Counted from the stretch's first letter, positions 50,238-59,449 are shown. The stretch: DNA of 64,000 bases from Candidatus Omnitrophota bacterium (GCA_016867115.1 VGKG01000001.1:29237-93236); one strand, 5' to 3'. Numbers and translations: made by a program. The notes: generated by a model from the sequence alone, not told the origin.

Positions 50238-51197
50238 TTATTTTTCCACGTCCGTGATCAGGCTCTCGTAAAACTCGCGGTAATTCTCTTTCTTTTCGCT
50301 CTCGCGCAAAGCTATGGCTGCGCGCGGATGCTCATCCAGGATGCCAGTGATGGCATAAGGTATGATGTAGCCCCATTCCATTTTATCACGTAACGGAATA
50401 AACTCTTTAGAGATGATATCCAGCACCGGGCGGATATCGAACTTGGGGTTCTTTAAGAAACCGAGCAGCAGCTCAAGCGGACAATTCCCCGCAGCCCTGC
50501 CCAGGCCATAGACCGTAGCATCCAGGTAATTGGCGTCGTGGATGATGGCTTCAATGGTGTTGGCAAAAGCGAGCTGCTGGTTATTATGCGCATGGATCCC
50601 GACTTCCTTGGTCTTTAAGATGTGCCTTGCCTTCTTGATCAGGAACTCGGTAGTCTCCTGATAAAGCGAACCGAAGCTGTCCACGACGTAGACCACCCCG
50701 GCCTTGCACTCTTCCTCCAGCTGATGCAGCGCTTCATTCAATTCGTTATCCAGGGCGCGCGAAATCGCCATGATATTGATCGTAGTTTCATAGCCCTTGT
50801 CCGCGAAATGATTGCATAAGAATATCGCCTTATCGATATCCTTGACATAGGAGGCGACGCGGATCATGTCTACCGGGCTCTCTTTTTTGGGCTTTACGTC
50901 ATCGATATCCACCCGATCCACATCCACCATCACCGAGAGCTTCATCTTATCCGACTCAATGCCTTCGATCGTCCTCTTGATATCGTCCTCTTCGCAGAAC
51001 TTCCACTTTCCGTACTCCTTGGGATTAAAGAGGCGGCGGGAGTTCTTGTAACCGATCTCCATATAGTCTATGCCGGCATCGGAAAGCGACTTATAGAGCG
51101 CGCGCACAAAATGCAGGTCAAAATCGTGGTTATTGATCAGGCCGCCGTCTCTTATGGTACAATCCAGGATTTTAATCTTCTCACGGAACATGCTCAA
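50238..51197 (-). CDS. HMGL-like DRE-TIM metallolyase family aldolase (pyruvate carboxyltransferase domain)
   Basis: 319 aa: DCTIRDGG near the N-terminus, DSFGSL, and HAHNNQQLAFANTIEAI. Exact substrate class cannot be assigned from sequence. Confidence 0.65.
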   Translation of the reverse strand: MSMFREKIKILDCTIRDGGLINNHDFDLHFVRALYKSLSDAGIDYMEIGYKNSRRLFNPKEYGKWKFCEEDDIKRTIEGIESDKMKLSVMVDVDRVDIDDVKPKKESPVDMIRVASYVKDIDKAIFLCNHFADKGYETTINIMAISRALDNELNEALHQLEEECKAGVVYVVDSFGSLYQETTEFLIKKARHILKTKEVGIHAHNNQQLAFANTIEAIIHDANYLDATVYGLGRAAGNCPLELLLGFLKNPKFDIRPVLDIISKEFIPLRDKMEWGYIIPYAITGILDEHPRAAIALRESEKKENYREFYESLITDVEK

Positions 51198-51202
51198 CCC
51201 TC

Positions 51203-51239
51203 CTTAAAAATTAAGCCCATCGTAAGAATTGATGGGCTT
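51203..51239 (-). terminator. Hairpin with a T-tract between pmbA and the aldolase gene (terminator or attenuator)
   Basis: Minus strand reads AAGCCCATC-aattcttac-GATGGGCTT followed by AATTTTTAAGGAGG, so the RBS of the downstream gene follows immediately. Confidence 0.5.
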
Positions 51240-51302
51240 CTGCCTCAACTTTTCTACTCGCACAAGTATAGCATAAAATTATGTATTTGGTAGGAAAATT
51301 TA

Positions 51303-52643
51303 TTAAGAAGTGAAGTTAAAATCCCGGATATAAAGGGTAGGCACACAGGCTGAACCTAACCCCTCAAGATGGTCTGCCACAGTCTGTCTCTCTCTGGAAA
51401 CGTATTTTATCCGCTTGAACGCCTCAAGGACGGATTCGGTAAAACGCATATTGGTCAGGGCGCTCTTGGGAATGCCGTTTTCTATAAGAAAGGTCCCGTC
51501 GCGGGTCATCCCGGTCATCAGGGCCCGGTGCGTATCTAAAAAACCGTTAATATAATGGAAGCGGCTCACCAGGATCGCGCGCTTCGCCGAAGCAACAATC
51601 TTATCGTAAGAGGCCTTACCCTGCTCCATCACCAGGTTATATCCTACCGGGCCGCCGGTATCATCGGGAAAACTCGCATGACCGTTCGGTTTTAATTTTA
51701 GCAGCCGGGCATAATGGCTGTCGGTAAGCGGTTCACCGGCAGCACCCTTCCTGATCAGGTAAACCTTTTTGCGGCTTAAGCCCTCAAAATCAAAGGGCAG
51801 GATAAAAGTATCCGGGTCAAGGCCGGAATCGTAAATACTCACTTCTTCCCCGGTAATGCTCCTGCCGGCCTTCTTCCATAAGAAACTGGTCTCTTCAAGC
51901 ACGGACTTTGCGCCAAAACCGATATAATTGAGCCACTGGATGAGTTCAGCTACGGCAGCAGGCTCAAGGATGACGTCGTATTTGTCCGGCTTCAAGGTTT
52001 CGGTCTTTAAGCCGTGCAGGCACTTCTTCATCGCCGTATCCGCAAGGTTTTCTATGCCTAATTTATGGATATCGTGATTTGCCTGGGCAGCGTACCCGGA
52101 TGAACCTGCGCCTGTAGCGATCAGCTTCATGCCGGCCAGGGAATATCTGTGATGATTTATCTTGCCTTCGGAAGATATCACCGCCAGCGTACTTTCTCCG
52201 TTATAGAGGTTACCGGAAAACTTCACCCCCAGTTCCTGGCCTCCGCTAAAAACTCGCTGCAGGATCCCCGCCCTCTTCTGTGCGGGCAAAGAGGCCGTCT
52301 CCTCGGAATAAAGATGCGCTGCCGCTTTCACCGGTTTAAAAAAAGGTATATCCTTTTTTTCTTTTACCTGCAGCCTTAAATGCGCAAGGGCAAGCGCCCT
52401 CTTAAGCGCCTCTTTCAGGTTATGTTCATCGATAGAATTAGTGGAGGCGATACCGATGCGTCCGTCTTTTAAAACCCGGAAATAGACGGTCTGGTCCTCA
52501 TCCTGCATGTGCTGGTGGATCAGGGAATTGGCAAAGCGGCTCACCTGAAGGCAGGTGCGCATAAAAACAATCGCGGCCTTATCCGCCTCTTTTGTCCTGG
52601 CTAAAGGCAGAAGCTTCTCTTTCAGCCACTCCGCAGTGATCAT
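51303..52643 (-). CDS. pmbA: TldE/PmbA-family protein (partner of TldD)
   Basis: 446 aa, TldD/PmbA fold without an HExxxH motif; start overlaps the tldD stop (52640-52643). Confidence 0.75.
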   Translation of the reverse strand: MITAEWLKEKLLPLARTKEADKAAIVFMRTCLQVSRFANSLIHQHMQDEDQTVYFRVLKDGRIGIASTNSIDEHNLKEALKRALALAHLRLQVKEKKDIPFFKPVKAAAHLYSEETASLPAQKRAGILQRVFSGGQELGVKFSGNLYNGESTLAVISSEGKINHHRYSLAGMKLIATGAGSSGYAAQANHDIHKLGIENLADTAMKKCLHGLKTETLKPDKYDVILEPAAVAELIQWLNYIGFGAKSVLEETSFLWKKAGRSITGEEVSIYDSGLDPDTFILPFDFEGLSRKKVYLIRKGAAGEPLTDSHYARLLKLKPNGHASFPDDTGGPVGYNLVMEQGKASYDKIVASAKRAILVSRFHYINGFLDTHRALMTGMTRDGTFLIENGIPKSALTNMRFTESVLEAFKRIKYVSRERQTVADHLEGLGSACVPTLYIRDFNFTS

Positions 52644-54121
52644 CTCCTCACTCCCGCTTTGATCTTTTCAAAACGCGCAGGGCTGGTGGCATGGCCTACA
52701 TGCATGGATTGCGAAGGCTCCCCCTTGCCGCAGGAAGGTATGCCCCAGACATACCAGGAATCCTTGTTTGCGACCGCGCTGCAATTACCCCAGAAATAGG
52801 GGGTATTGGAATAATAGACCGGATTTTTATAGGCCTGCTTAAGCTTGCCGTTCTTGATCTGCCAGGCGATCTCGGTGCCGAACTGGAAGTTTAGCCTCAG
52901 GTCGTCGATGCTCCAGCTCTTATTCGTACACAGATACAGCCCGTCCTTAGTATCGGCGACGATCTCTTCAAGGCTCTCTTTTCCCGGTTCAAGATTGATA
53001 TTAGTCATGCGGATAAGCGGGATGCAATTCCAGGATTCGGCGCGCATAGTGGCATTACTGGCCCTTTTTAAGGTAGTAGCGGTCTCACGCGAACTTAAAT
53101 AATCGTCAAATAACCCCTGTCTGACCAGCCCTATGCGCTGGGCTGCCACTCCCTCATCGTCATAGGCAAAGCTTCCCACCCCGCCGGAAAGATTTGCATC
53201 CGCGGTGATATTCACCTGCCTTGAGCCGTACCTGAACTTAGAGAGCTTATCCAGCGTCAGGAAGCTTCCTCCGGCGTAACTGATCTCTGAGCCCAGGACC
53301 CTATCAAGCTCTGCCGGATGGCCGCAGGATTCATGCACCTGCAGGGCCATCTGATAGCCGTCCAGGATGATCGTCGTTTCCTTATCCGGGCAGTCAGGCG
53401 CATCCAGGAGCATGAGCGCCTCGTCGCGCACGCGGCCGGCATGATGCGGAAAATCCAGTTCCCGGATGTACTCATAACCTGCCTGGCGTATCTGGGAGTG
53501 GTGGGAGATAGGATAGGAACGTTTCTGGACGTTTGAGCCTTCACCGGCGACTGCCTCGAAATAACCGCCGCTTTCGATAAAAGACTGCTCGATCTGTGAG
53601 CCTTCGGAGTTCACAAAGAACTTGGTGGTGTGGTAGAAATCAAGGGTGGACTGGGCGAATTTTATTTTAGGTTCCTTAAGCAGGAGTTCGTTGGTGTAAA
53701 AGAGATAGTGGAGCTTGGTATCCAGTGCCACTTCAAAGGGATTGATCTGGTAGGCTGAAGAATAGGTGGCATGCACTGCCGGATACGCCGGAAAGGCGAC
53801 CTTCTCCTTATTGATGAAGCTTGAGACGCGGGCGATCTCGATAGCCAGGGCGATATTCTTCTCTATCAGGCCCTCTTCAAAGATGCTTCCGCAACTGAAG
53901 CCCCATGCTCCGTCGCAGAGGACCCGGATGCCGTAGCCTTCGTCGATATGGCTGGAGATGTTCTCCACGTCATAATTAAAGACCGACAGGCTCTCATGCT
54001 GCTTCTTTACCCAGCGGATATCGGCGTAATCTACGCCTTTTCCCTTGAGCTTATGCATCATGGAGCGGATGATCGCCTTTCTCATAAGGTTTACTATAGC
54101 AAAGCTGAACTTACGATGCAA
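52640..54121 (-). CDS. tldD: TldD metalloprotease
   Basis: 493 aa, TldD/PmbA family with the metal-binding motif HESCGHPAELD. Confidence 0.8.
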   Translation of the reverse strand: MHRKFSFAIVNLMRKAIIRSMMHKLKGKGVDYADIRWVKKQHESLSVFNYDVENISSHIDEGYGIRVLCDGAWGFSCGSIFEEGLIEKNIALAIEIARVSSFINKEKVAFPAYPAVHATYSSAYQINPFEVALDTKLHYLFYTNELLLKEPKIKFAQSTLDFYHTTKFFVNSEGSQIEQSFIESGGYFEAVAGEGSNVQKRSYPISHHSQIRQAGYEYIRELDFPHHAGRVRDEALMLLDAPDCPDKETTIILDGYQMALQVHESCGHPAELDRVLGSEISYAGGSFLTLDKLSKFRYGSRQVNITADANLSGGVGSFAYDDEGVAAQRIGLVRQGLFDDYLSSRETATTLKRASNATMRAESWNCIPLIRMTNINLEPGKESLEEIVADTKDGLYLCTNKSWSIDDLRLNFQFGTEIAWQIKNGKLKQAYKNPVYYSNTPYFWGNCSAVANKDSWYVWGIPSCGKGEPSQSMHVGHATSPARFEKIKAGVRR

Positions 54122-54198
54122 TATTTTTTCCCGCTAAGCCATTAAAATCCGAGGGTGGGACCCCGCCCAAAATTAAACGGGCAGCGGGAAAATGTAGT

Positions 54199-54226
54199 TT
54201 GAAATCTTGCGATAATCCTCTATAAT
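54199..54226 (+). promoter_or_regulatory. Sigma70-type promoter (TTGAAA, 16 nt, TATAAT) placed so that the ATP-grasp gene mRNA would be leaderless or nearly so
   Basis: -35 at 54199..54204 and -10 at 54221..54226. The GTG start at 54234 lies 7 nt after the -10, and there is no SD. Confidence 0.5.
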
Positions 54227-54233
54227 AAGACCT

Positions 54234-55634
54234 GTGCGAAAAACCGCTATCCGCAAGATCGATGGTTACCTGCGCTCCTTAAGCGCCAAAGAGACCGGAG
54301 CCCTGCAGAGGCTCTTCCTGCGCGAAGTCGAGCGCCTGAACATCCGCTATCTTAACGATTTCGGGAAACCGCGCAATATTGCCCTGGTCCTCAGGCCCTG
54401 GCTGGTCGAGCCCGGGGAGGCAAAGCTCCTCCATCGGCTCATCTATTCCTTCCGGAACATGCACGCAAAGTTATTTCCCCTCTATTTCAGCCATCCGGGG
54501 ATCCGACAGGCCCTGCCTCTACGCCGCCAGGAAAAAGAGTGGTTTGAACTGATCAACCGCAAGAGCCTTCAAAAATACCAGGTGGTCTTCGGCCGCTGGG
54601 ATACGAATGCCTGCTTCGATAAAGAGTCCCGTGTCGGCGACATAATGTTCCTTGAGACCAACACCGTAGGGATAGGCGGCATCCACTATATCCCGGTCGT
54701 CTCCGAAGCGCTGAGCAGCATTTTAAAGGCTAGCCTTGAACACAGGATCCGCCCCTGCTGCCTGGGGCACCAGGCAGACCCGCGGCTCCTTCTGGCGGAA
54801 GAAATAAAACGCCACGCCAGGCTCATCAACAGAAAGAGCCTTAACGTCGCTTTTATCGAAAACCGGGAATTCCTCGCCGGAACGGTGGAATTGCCTGAGC
54901 TGACCAAGTTTTTCAATAACCTCGGCATAAAGGCGATCCTGGCTGACCCGCGGGACCTTAAGGCTAAAGGCCAAGAGATCTATTACCGTGACGTGCGCCT
55001 GGATATTATCTATCGCGATTCAGAACTTCAGGAGCTCATCGATATCGAGAAAAAAGGCCACGGCATGCAGGCCCTGAAGCAGGCCTTCATCAATAATCAG
55101 GTCATCTCATCGATCGCCGGAGAGCTTGACCATAAGAGCGTCTTTGAGGTCTTCAGCAGCCCGGAGTTCTATTCTCTTTTTAACGCAAAGGAGAGGCAGC
55201 TGCTAAAAAGACATGTGCCCTGGACACGCCTGCTTAAAGAAAGATGCACCGCGGATGAATCCCTACGCAGGATCGACCTTGCGCCTTTTGTCGAAAAGAA
55301 TAAGGATAAACTGATCATAAAGCCTAACCGCGCTTACGGCGGAAAAGGCGTGGTCATCGGCAAATTGACGGGTAAAAAAGTATGGCGGGATTATTTAGAG
55401 AAGGCGCTGGCCAAACCCGGAACTTACGTAGTGCAGCGCCTGGTCATGATCCATCAAGAGGAGTTTCCCTACTTCAGTGACGAAGAAAAAATCACCTTTG
55501 ACAGATTTTATGGCGTTTCCGGATTTGTGGTCACCGCAAAATCCACCGCGGTCTTAGGCAGGTTCTCTAAGGAAATGGTGGTGAATGTGGCGCGTAAAGG
55601 CGGGATCATCCCCACCCTGATGCTGCATCACTAA
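54234..55634 (+). CDS. ATP-grasp family amide ligase with an N-terminal pre-ATP-grasp region (glutathionylspermidine-synthase-like / CP-ATP-grasp-like)
   Basis: 466 aa. The C-terminal ATP-grasp core has IIKPNRAYGGKGVVIG, YVVQRLV and VVNVARKGG. The N-terminal region has WDT...FLETNT resembling the GSP-synthase pre-ATP-grasp block. Divergent from tldD; GTG start. Confidence 0.6.
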   Translation: MRKTAIRKIDGYLRSLSAKETGALQRLFLREVERLNIRYLNDFGKPRNIALVLRPWLVEPGEAKLLHRLIYSFRNMHAKLFPLYFSHPGIRQALPLRRQEKEWFELINRKSLQKYQVVFGRWDTNACFDKESRVGDIMFLETNTVGIGGIHYIPVVSEALSSILKASLEHRIRPCCLGHQADPRLLLAEEIKRHARLINRKSLNVAFIENREFLAGTVELPELTKFFNNLGIKAILADPRDLKAKGQEIYYRDVRLDIIYRDSELQELIDIEKKGHGMQALKQAFINNQVISSIAGELDHKSVFEVFSSPEFYSLFNAKERQLLKRHVPWTRLLKERCTADESLRRIDLAPFVEKNKDKLIIKPNRAYGGKGVVIGKLTGKKVWRDYLEKALAKPGTYVVQRLVMIHQEEFPYFSDEEKITFDRFYGVSGFVVTAKSTAVLGRFSKEMVVNVARKGGIIPTLMLHH

Positions 55635-55636
55635 TA

Positions 55637-57658
55637 CTAAACCCCGACCCTCACCTGTTCCGGCATCTTCCAGACCAGGCTTTTATATTCATCCAGCATC
55701 CGATAGGTATTGAATCTTTCACTCTGGATGAGGCAGTTGATCATCAGGTCTATCCAGCTTGAAGAGTAGTCTATTTTTCCGGAGGCGTTAGTCTTGTAAT
55801 AAAGCCTGGCCATCTCTTCAAGTGCGTCATAAAGCTTTGAGGCATCCTCAGCCATGTGCAGGTCGAACTCGCTGCCGATCTTTCCTCCCTCAAATTGATA
55901 CCCGAAGATCCTGCCCATCTCTTCCGTGGCCTCGACCACCCATCCATCCAGGGTAGTCAGTTGCAACACGCTATTCATGATCGCCTTCATGCCGCTTGTG
56001 CCCGAAGCTTCAAACGGAGGAAGAGGATTATTCAGCCAGACATCCACACCCTGCACCAGCCTCCTGGCCCAGGCAATATCGTAATTCTCAAGCATGATCA
56101 CTTTCAGGTAATCGTAAACCTCAGAAAGCCCGTCTATCTTATCCAGCATCTGATTAATATAGGTAAAGCCGAGGCTGTCCTTGGGATGCGCCTTTCCGGC
56201 AAGGATCACCTGGATAGGCCCGGTCTTCTTGGCGATACTGATCAGGCGGTTAATATCCTGCAGGACGAGGCTTGGCCTCTTGTAGGCAGCCATACGCCTG
56301 GCCCAACAGACGGTAAAGGTATCCTTATCCAGTTTCCATTTTGCAAGCATGTTGCACAAGGCGACCTTATTTTCCTGATGTGCGCCAAAGACCTCCTGCC
56401 TGAAGGCGCTGTCGCTCTTCAGGTCCTCTGCTTTTTTCAAGGCATAGGGGTTAGCCTTTATATCGCCGATGCGGTCTTCGAATTTTTCAAATAAACGCTT
56501 GAAGTTCTCCGACATCCAGGTGTGCGTGTGCACCCCGTTAGTCACGAAATTGATCTTATCTTTGTATTGCGGGAACTGCTGCAGCATGACCTCATAGTGC
56601 CTTTTAGAGACCGCGTTCACGCTGTTTGAGGCCTCTATGGCCAGCTGCGTCAGGTTGACCATGGCATGGCCCGCTTCTGTCCCGAACCTCTCCGCGACTT
56701 TTGCGTCTTCATCCCTGAGTATGCGCTCAAGCTCAAAGAAAGGGAAACGATCATGGCCTGCCTCAACCGGCGTATGGCAGGTGTAGGCAAAATGTTTTTT
56801 TAATTCCGCAAGCGCCTCTTCCGATAAGCCTCTTGCCTTTTCTACGAAAGCAAAGACGGCATGGCCTTCGTTAAGATGAAAGAGGTCGATATTATAACCC
56901 AGGTCTGCCAGGGCGCGCGCTCCGCCCATGCCCAGGATCGCTCTTTGCATGATGCGGATGGCGTTGCTCTCGCTGCGGTAAAGCTGATCAGTAAGGTGGC
57001 GGTTATTTTCGCTGTTCTCCGGGATATTTGAATCCAGGAGTATGAGCGGTATGGCATAATCCTGCGTATAATTGTAGACGTAATATTTCCAGAGCCGTAA
57101 GACTAACTCTCCGGATTTAAAGGAGAGCTTTATCCTGTTTTTCAAAGGAATGAGCCCGGGATAAGTATAGGGGTCCCAGTGCATCTCTTCGGGCGCCTGG
57201 CCGTATTTAAACCAGAACTTCTGCCGGAAATACCCGGTGCTCCAGAGCATGCCGATACCTGCCGCAGGAAGGCGGAAATCCGCCATGGTCTTTAAGGTGT
57301 CTCCTGCCAATACTCCGAGGCCTCCGCTATAAATCGGCAGGTCGATCAAATCGCTCGGCCTGACCGTAAAAAAATAATCCGCCAGGCGGTAATTGGAAAA
57401 AACCTCATGCTCCCGTGATTCGTTCTGTTCATCGATCCGGCGCAGGGTCGAAAACCGGTTGTAGAAACTGGAGGCAAGGCCGTACTCCATGGAGAAGTAG
57501 GCTATTGAACGCTCGGAGCGCAGCCTCTTTTCCGCGGCGATGAGCGCTTGAAGCGGCAGGCCGAAAAACTTTCCATCCCGGATATCCTTGCTGTAGGTAT
57601 CTTCGTAATTTTCTATCTGGACCAGAGAAAGGAACTCTTCAACCTGGGGATCCGGCAT
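55637..57658 (-). CDS. glgP: Alpha-glucan phosphorylase (GT35 family)
   Basis: 673 aa with the PLP-lysine signature FEASGTSGMKAIMN and the GT35 'alpha-glucan phosphorylase' core. Confidence 0.82.
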   Translation of the reverse strand: MPDPQVEEFLSLVQIENYEDTYSKDIRDGKFFGLPLQALIAAEKRLRSERSIAYFSMEYGLASSFYNRFSTLRRIDEQNESREHEVFSNYRLADYFFTVRPSDLIDLPIYSGGLGVLAGDTLKTMADFRLPAAGIGMLWSTGYFRQKFWFKYGQAPEEMHWDPYTYPGLIPLKNRIKLSFKSGELVLRLWKYYVYNYTQDYAIPLILLDSNIPENSENNRHLTDQLYRSESNAIRIMQRAILGMGGARALADLGYNIDLFHLNEGHAVFAFVEKARGLSEEALAELKKHFAYTCHTPVEAGHDRFPFFELERILRDEDAKVAERFGTEAGHAMVNLTQLAIEASNSVNAVSKRHYEVMLQQFPQYKDKINFVTNGVHTHTWMSENFKRLFEKFEDRIGDIKANPYALKKAEDLKSDSAFRQEVFGAHQENKVALCNMLAKWKLDKDTFTVCWARRMAAYKRPSLVLQDINRLISIAKKTGPIQVILAGKAHPKDSLGFTYINQMLDKIDGLSEVYDYLKVIMLENYDIAWARRLVQGVDVWLNNPLPPFEASGTSGMKAIMNSVLQLTTLDGWVVEATEEMGRIFGYQFEGGKIGSEFDLHMAEDASKLYDALEEMARLYYKTNASGKIDYSSSWIDLMINCLIQSERFNTYRMLDEYKSLVWKMPEQVRVGV

Positions 57659-57822
57659 TATTTTCTCCTCTTTCTTTCTGTCCGGCGCAGGGCCTTAACC
57701 ATGCGCTCGTAAGCCTGGCCAGGCGTCCTGCCCTCGGTAAGGTGGTCGCAACAGATCGCAGCAAAACCTACGCGGTTCCTGATCCTGAAGAGGTCTACTT
57801 TGAGGTGGCCGATCTTAGGCAT
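57658..57822 (-). CDS. Unannotated small basic protein (54 aa) coupled to the phosphorylase gene
   Basis: Minus-strand ORF MPKIGHLKVDLFRIRNRVGFAAICCDHLTEGRTPGQAYERMVKALRRTERKRRK with SD GGAGGT 5 nt upstream. Its stop TAA overlaps the glgP ATG (ATAATG). Confidence 0.5.
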   Translation of the reverse strand: MPKIGHLKVDLFRIRNRVGFAAICCDHLTEGRTPGQAYERMVKALRRTERKRRK

Positions 57823-57830
57823 ATTACCTC

Positions 57831-58079
57831 CTATTTCTTCTTGAGGTTGTCGGGCGAGTTCACCGACATCACGTTCTGCGACTGCACAAAATACACCGGA
57901 TTGCCTTCGGCGTCATACTTATTATCCACGCGCAGCACCTTAGTGGCAACTAATTTCATCTTGATCACCGAACCGTCGTCCAGGAGATACTGGTTCCAGT
58001 ATTCGCTGGCCTGGTTCACCTCGATCGGAGTCGCATCTACTTCCTCTCCGCCGAAGTTTATTTTTATCTTCTCTTCCAT
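57831..58079 (-). CDS. Hypothetical small protein (82 aa)
   Basis: ORF MEEKIKINFGGEEVDATPIEVNQASEYWNQYLLDDGSVIKMKLVATKV... lies in the same operon orientation with tight spacing. No recognisable family. Confidence 0.5.
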   Translation of the reverse strand: MEEKIKINFGGEEVDATPIEVNQASEYWNQYLLDDGSVIKMKLVATKVLRVDNKYDAEGNPVYFVQSQNVMSVNSPDNLKKK

Positions 58080-58092
58080 CTCTGTCTCCCGG

Positions 58093-58515
58093 TTATCTAT
58101 ACCTGACTACTTCTGCCTCAACGCTTACCCTTTCGTAAGCATAGGGCTCGGTCACCGGCTTAACGCCTCCGGCAGGGATAGTCTCTTTCTCAACCGTAAA
58201 GTAAGTGCCTCCTGCTTTTTCGCGCTTGGTCTTGATATTTATCGCAGCATCCCCTCCTGCCTCGCGCACCCGCATCATTAACATCTCCTCCAGGTATTTT
58301 TCCCGGTCAATAGAACCGGCGATCTTGCCGATAGTTTCAAAATCCTTTGCGGGCTTTCCCTCAAAATACAGATCTACCGGATAATCCGAAGGCCTGGCGG
58401 AGAATCCCGCGCCGTAGCCGGTAAACTTAAGCTGCCTGCCTGCGGCCTTCTCTACGCTCATGCATCCGCTAAAAATAAATACGGCCGTCAAAAGAATACT
58501 TAAGATTTTTTTCAT
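58093..58515 (-). CDS. Putative lipoprotein of unknown function
   Basis: 140 aa with signal peptide and lipobox (AVFIFSGC); 4-nt overlap with the upstream gene. Confidence 0.55.
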   Translation of the reverse strand: MKKILSILLTAVFIFSGCMSVEKAAGRQLKFTGYGAGFSARPSDYPVDLYFEGKPAKDFETIGKIAGSIDREKYLEEMLMMRVREAGGDAAINIKTKREKAGGTYFTVEKETIPAGGVKPVTEPYAYERVSVEAEVVRYR

Positions 58516-58943
58516 GCGGCAGCCTCCCTGCGGTGCTCTTTCACGCCCTTAAGCGCCTCGATCACCTTTACCGCCTCCCTGCGGGTCAGCTTGTTGATCG
58601 CGGCCTTATGAAAATATTTATGGATGAAATTATCCAGGTGGTCCGGCGTCCAGCCCAGATTCCCGGCCAGATACTGAATGAATAATTTCTGCCTGATAGT
58701 AAGGCCGTAAGGATTGAGGCGGTAATGCGAGCTGCGTACGAAATAGTTCATCAGCTTACGGAACTTCTCGTCATCCAGGTCTTTGGCGCTCTCTACCCCT
58801 GCTGCCTCATGCAGGATCCTTCTATACTCTTCGTCGCTAAGATTCAGCTCCTTTTTTACGATATGGATAACCGCCAGCCTTTTCTTATCCATAGTAAAAA
58901 GGGGGCGAGGCAACTTTAAACAAAGACGCCTCACCCCTGTCAA
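58512..58943 (-). CDS. DUF1018 / phage Mu GemA (gp16)-like protein
   Basis: 143 aa (more likely starting at the internal MDKKRLAVIHI). The block LAVIHIVKKELNLSDEEYRRILHEAAGVESAKDLDDEKFRKLMNYF resembles the GemA/DUF1018 N-terminal signature. Confidence 0.6.
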   Translation of the reverse strand: MTGVRRLCLKLPRPLFTMDKKRLAVIHIVKKELNLSDEEYRRILHEAAGVESAKDLDDEKFRKLMNYFVRSSHYRLNPYGLTIRQKLFIQYLAGNLGWTPDHLDNFIHKYFHKAAINKLTRREAVKVIEALKGVKEHRREAAA

Positions 58944-58951
58944 GCATAAGG

Positions 58952-59449
58952 TTACTCAATAATTATCTTTTTCGCGTTAAACTCAAGAGCTCCGGTAAAG
59001 ACGCCTTCGCATCCGGCATAAACCGAAGGCCTCAGTTCTTCAAAAGCGACCCTTAAGTCCTGCGGCCCCTCGAGCCAGGTATCCGGCCTCACCTTTACCT
59101 TTACCCCTGAGATGATGATCTCTCCTGCCACGGCATCCGCGGAAGTGATCTTACCCTTGATCTCGTCGTAACCGGAAAAGTCCTCGGCGATCTTCCTGGC
59201 GGACATCCTGGCCTTATCCGTGAAGGCGCCTTCTATGCCGACCCGGTCTCCGACAGCAAGCGCTGAAAGGTTGACCGCCTTATCCGCGTCGTTCTTGATT
59301 TCTGCTGCCCGGGCGTTGACCTGCACTCCAAAGACATCTATAGTGGCTGCCTCGGCATCCACTGCCTGGATCTTGCCCTTGAGCTCATCGGCGGCGGCAA
59401 CTGCGACAAAGAATAATAAAGTAAGAAGGCAACTTAAAAAAAGCCGCAT
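58952..59449 (-). CDS. Secreted DUF5666-like protein (two tandem beta-domain repeats)
   Basis: 165 aa with a signal peptide and two repeats of the form GKIxxVDxxAxTIxVxGVxVxxxxxT. RBS GGAGG and a TTGGTA, 17 nt, TATAAT promoter lie upstream (59499..59471). Confidence 0.55.
   Translation of the reverse strand: MRLFLSCLLTLLFFVAVAAADELKGKIQAVDAEAATIDVFGVQVNARAAEIKNDADKAVNLSALAVGDRVGIEGAFTDKARMSARKIAEDFSGYDEIKGKITSADAVAGEIIISGVKVKVRPDTWLEGPQDLRVAFEELRPSVYAGCEGVFTGALEFNAKKIIIE

Noticed and set aside
57742-58281. 179-aa plus-strand ORF
   Set aside because: It is antisense to the 82-aa and lipoprotein genes, which have proper RBSs and operon spacing. Its hydrophobic, Ser-rich composition is typical of reverse-frame artefacts.
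58512-58943. Calling a Mu-like prophage on the basis of the GemA-like gene
   Set aside because: No integrase, transposase, capsid, tail, portal or terminase genes and no att-like repeats are present in the vicinity. xerD, 27 kb away, is housekeeping. This is treated as an isolated GemA/DUF1018 homologue.
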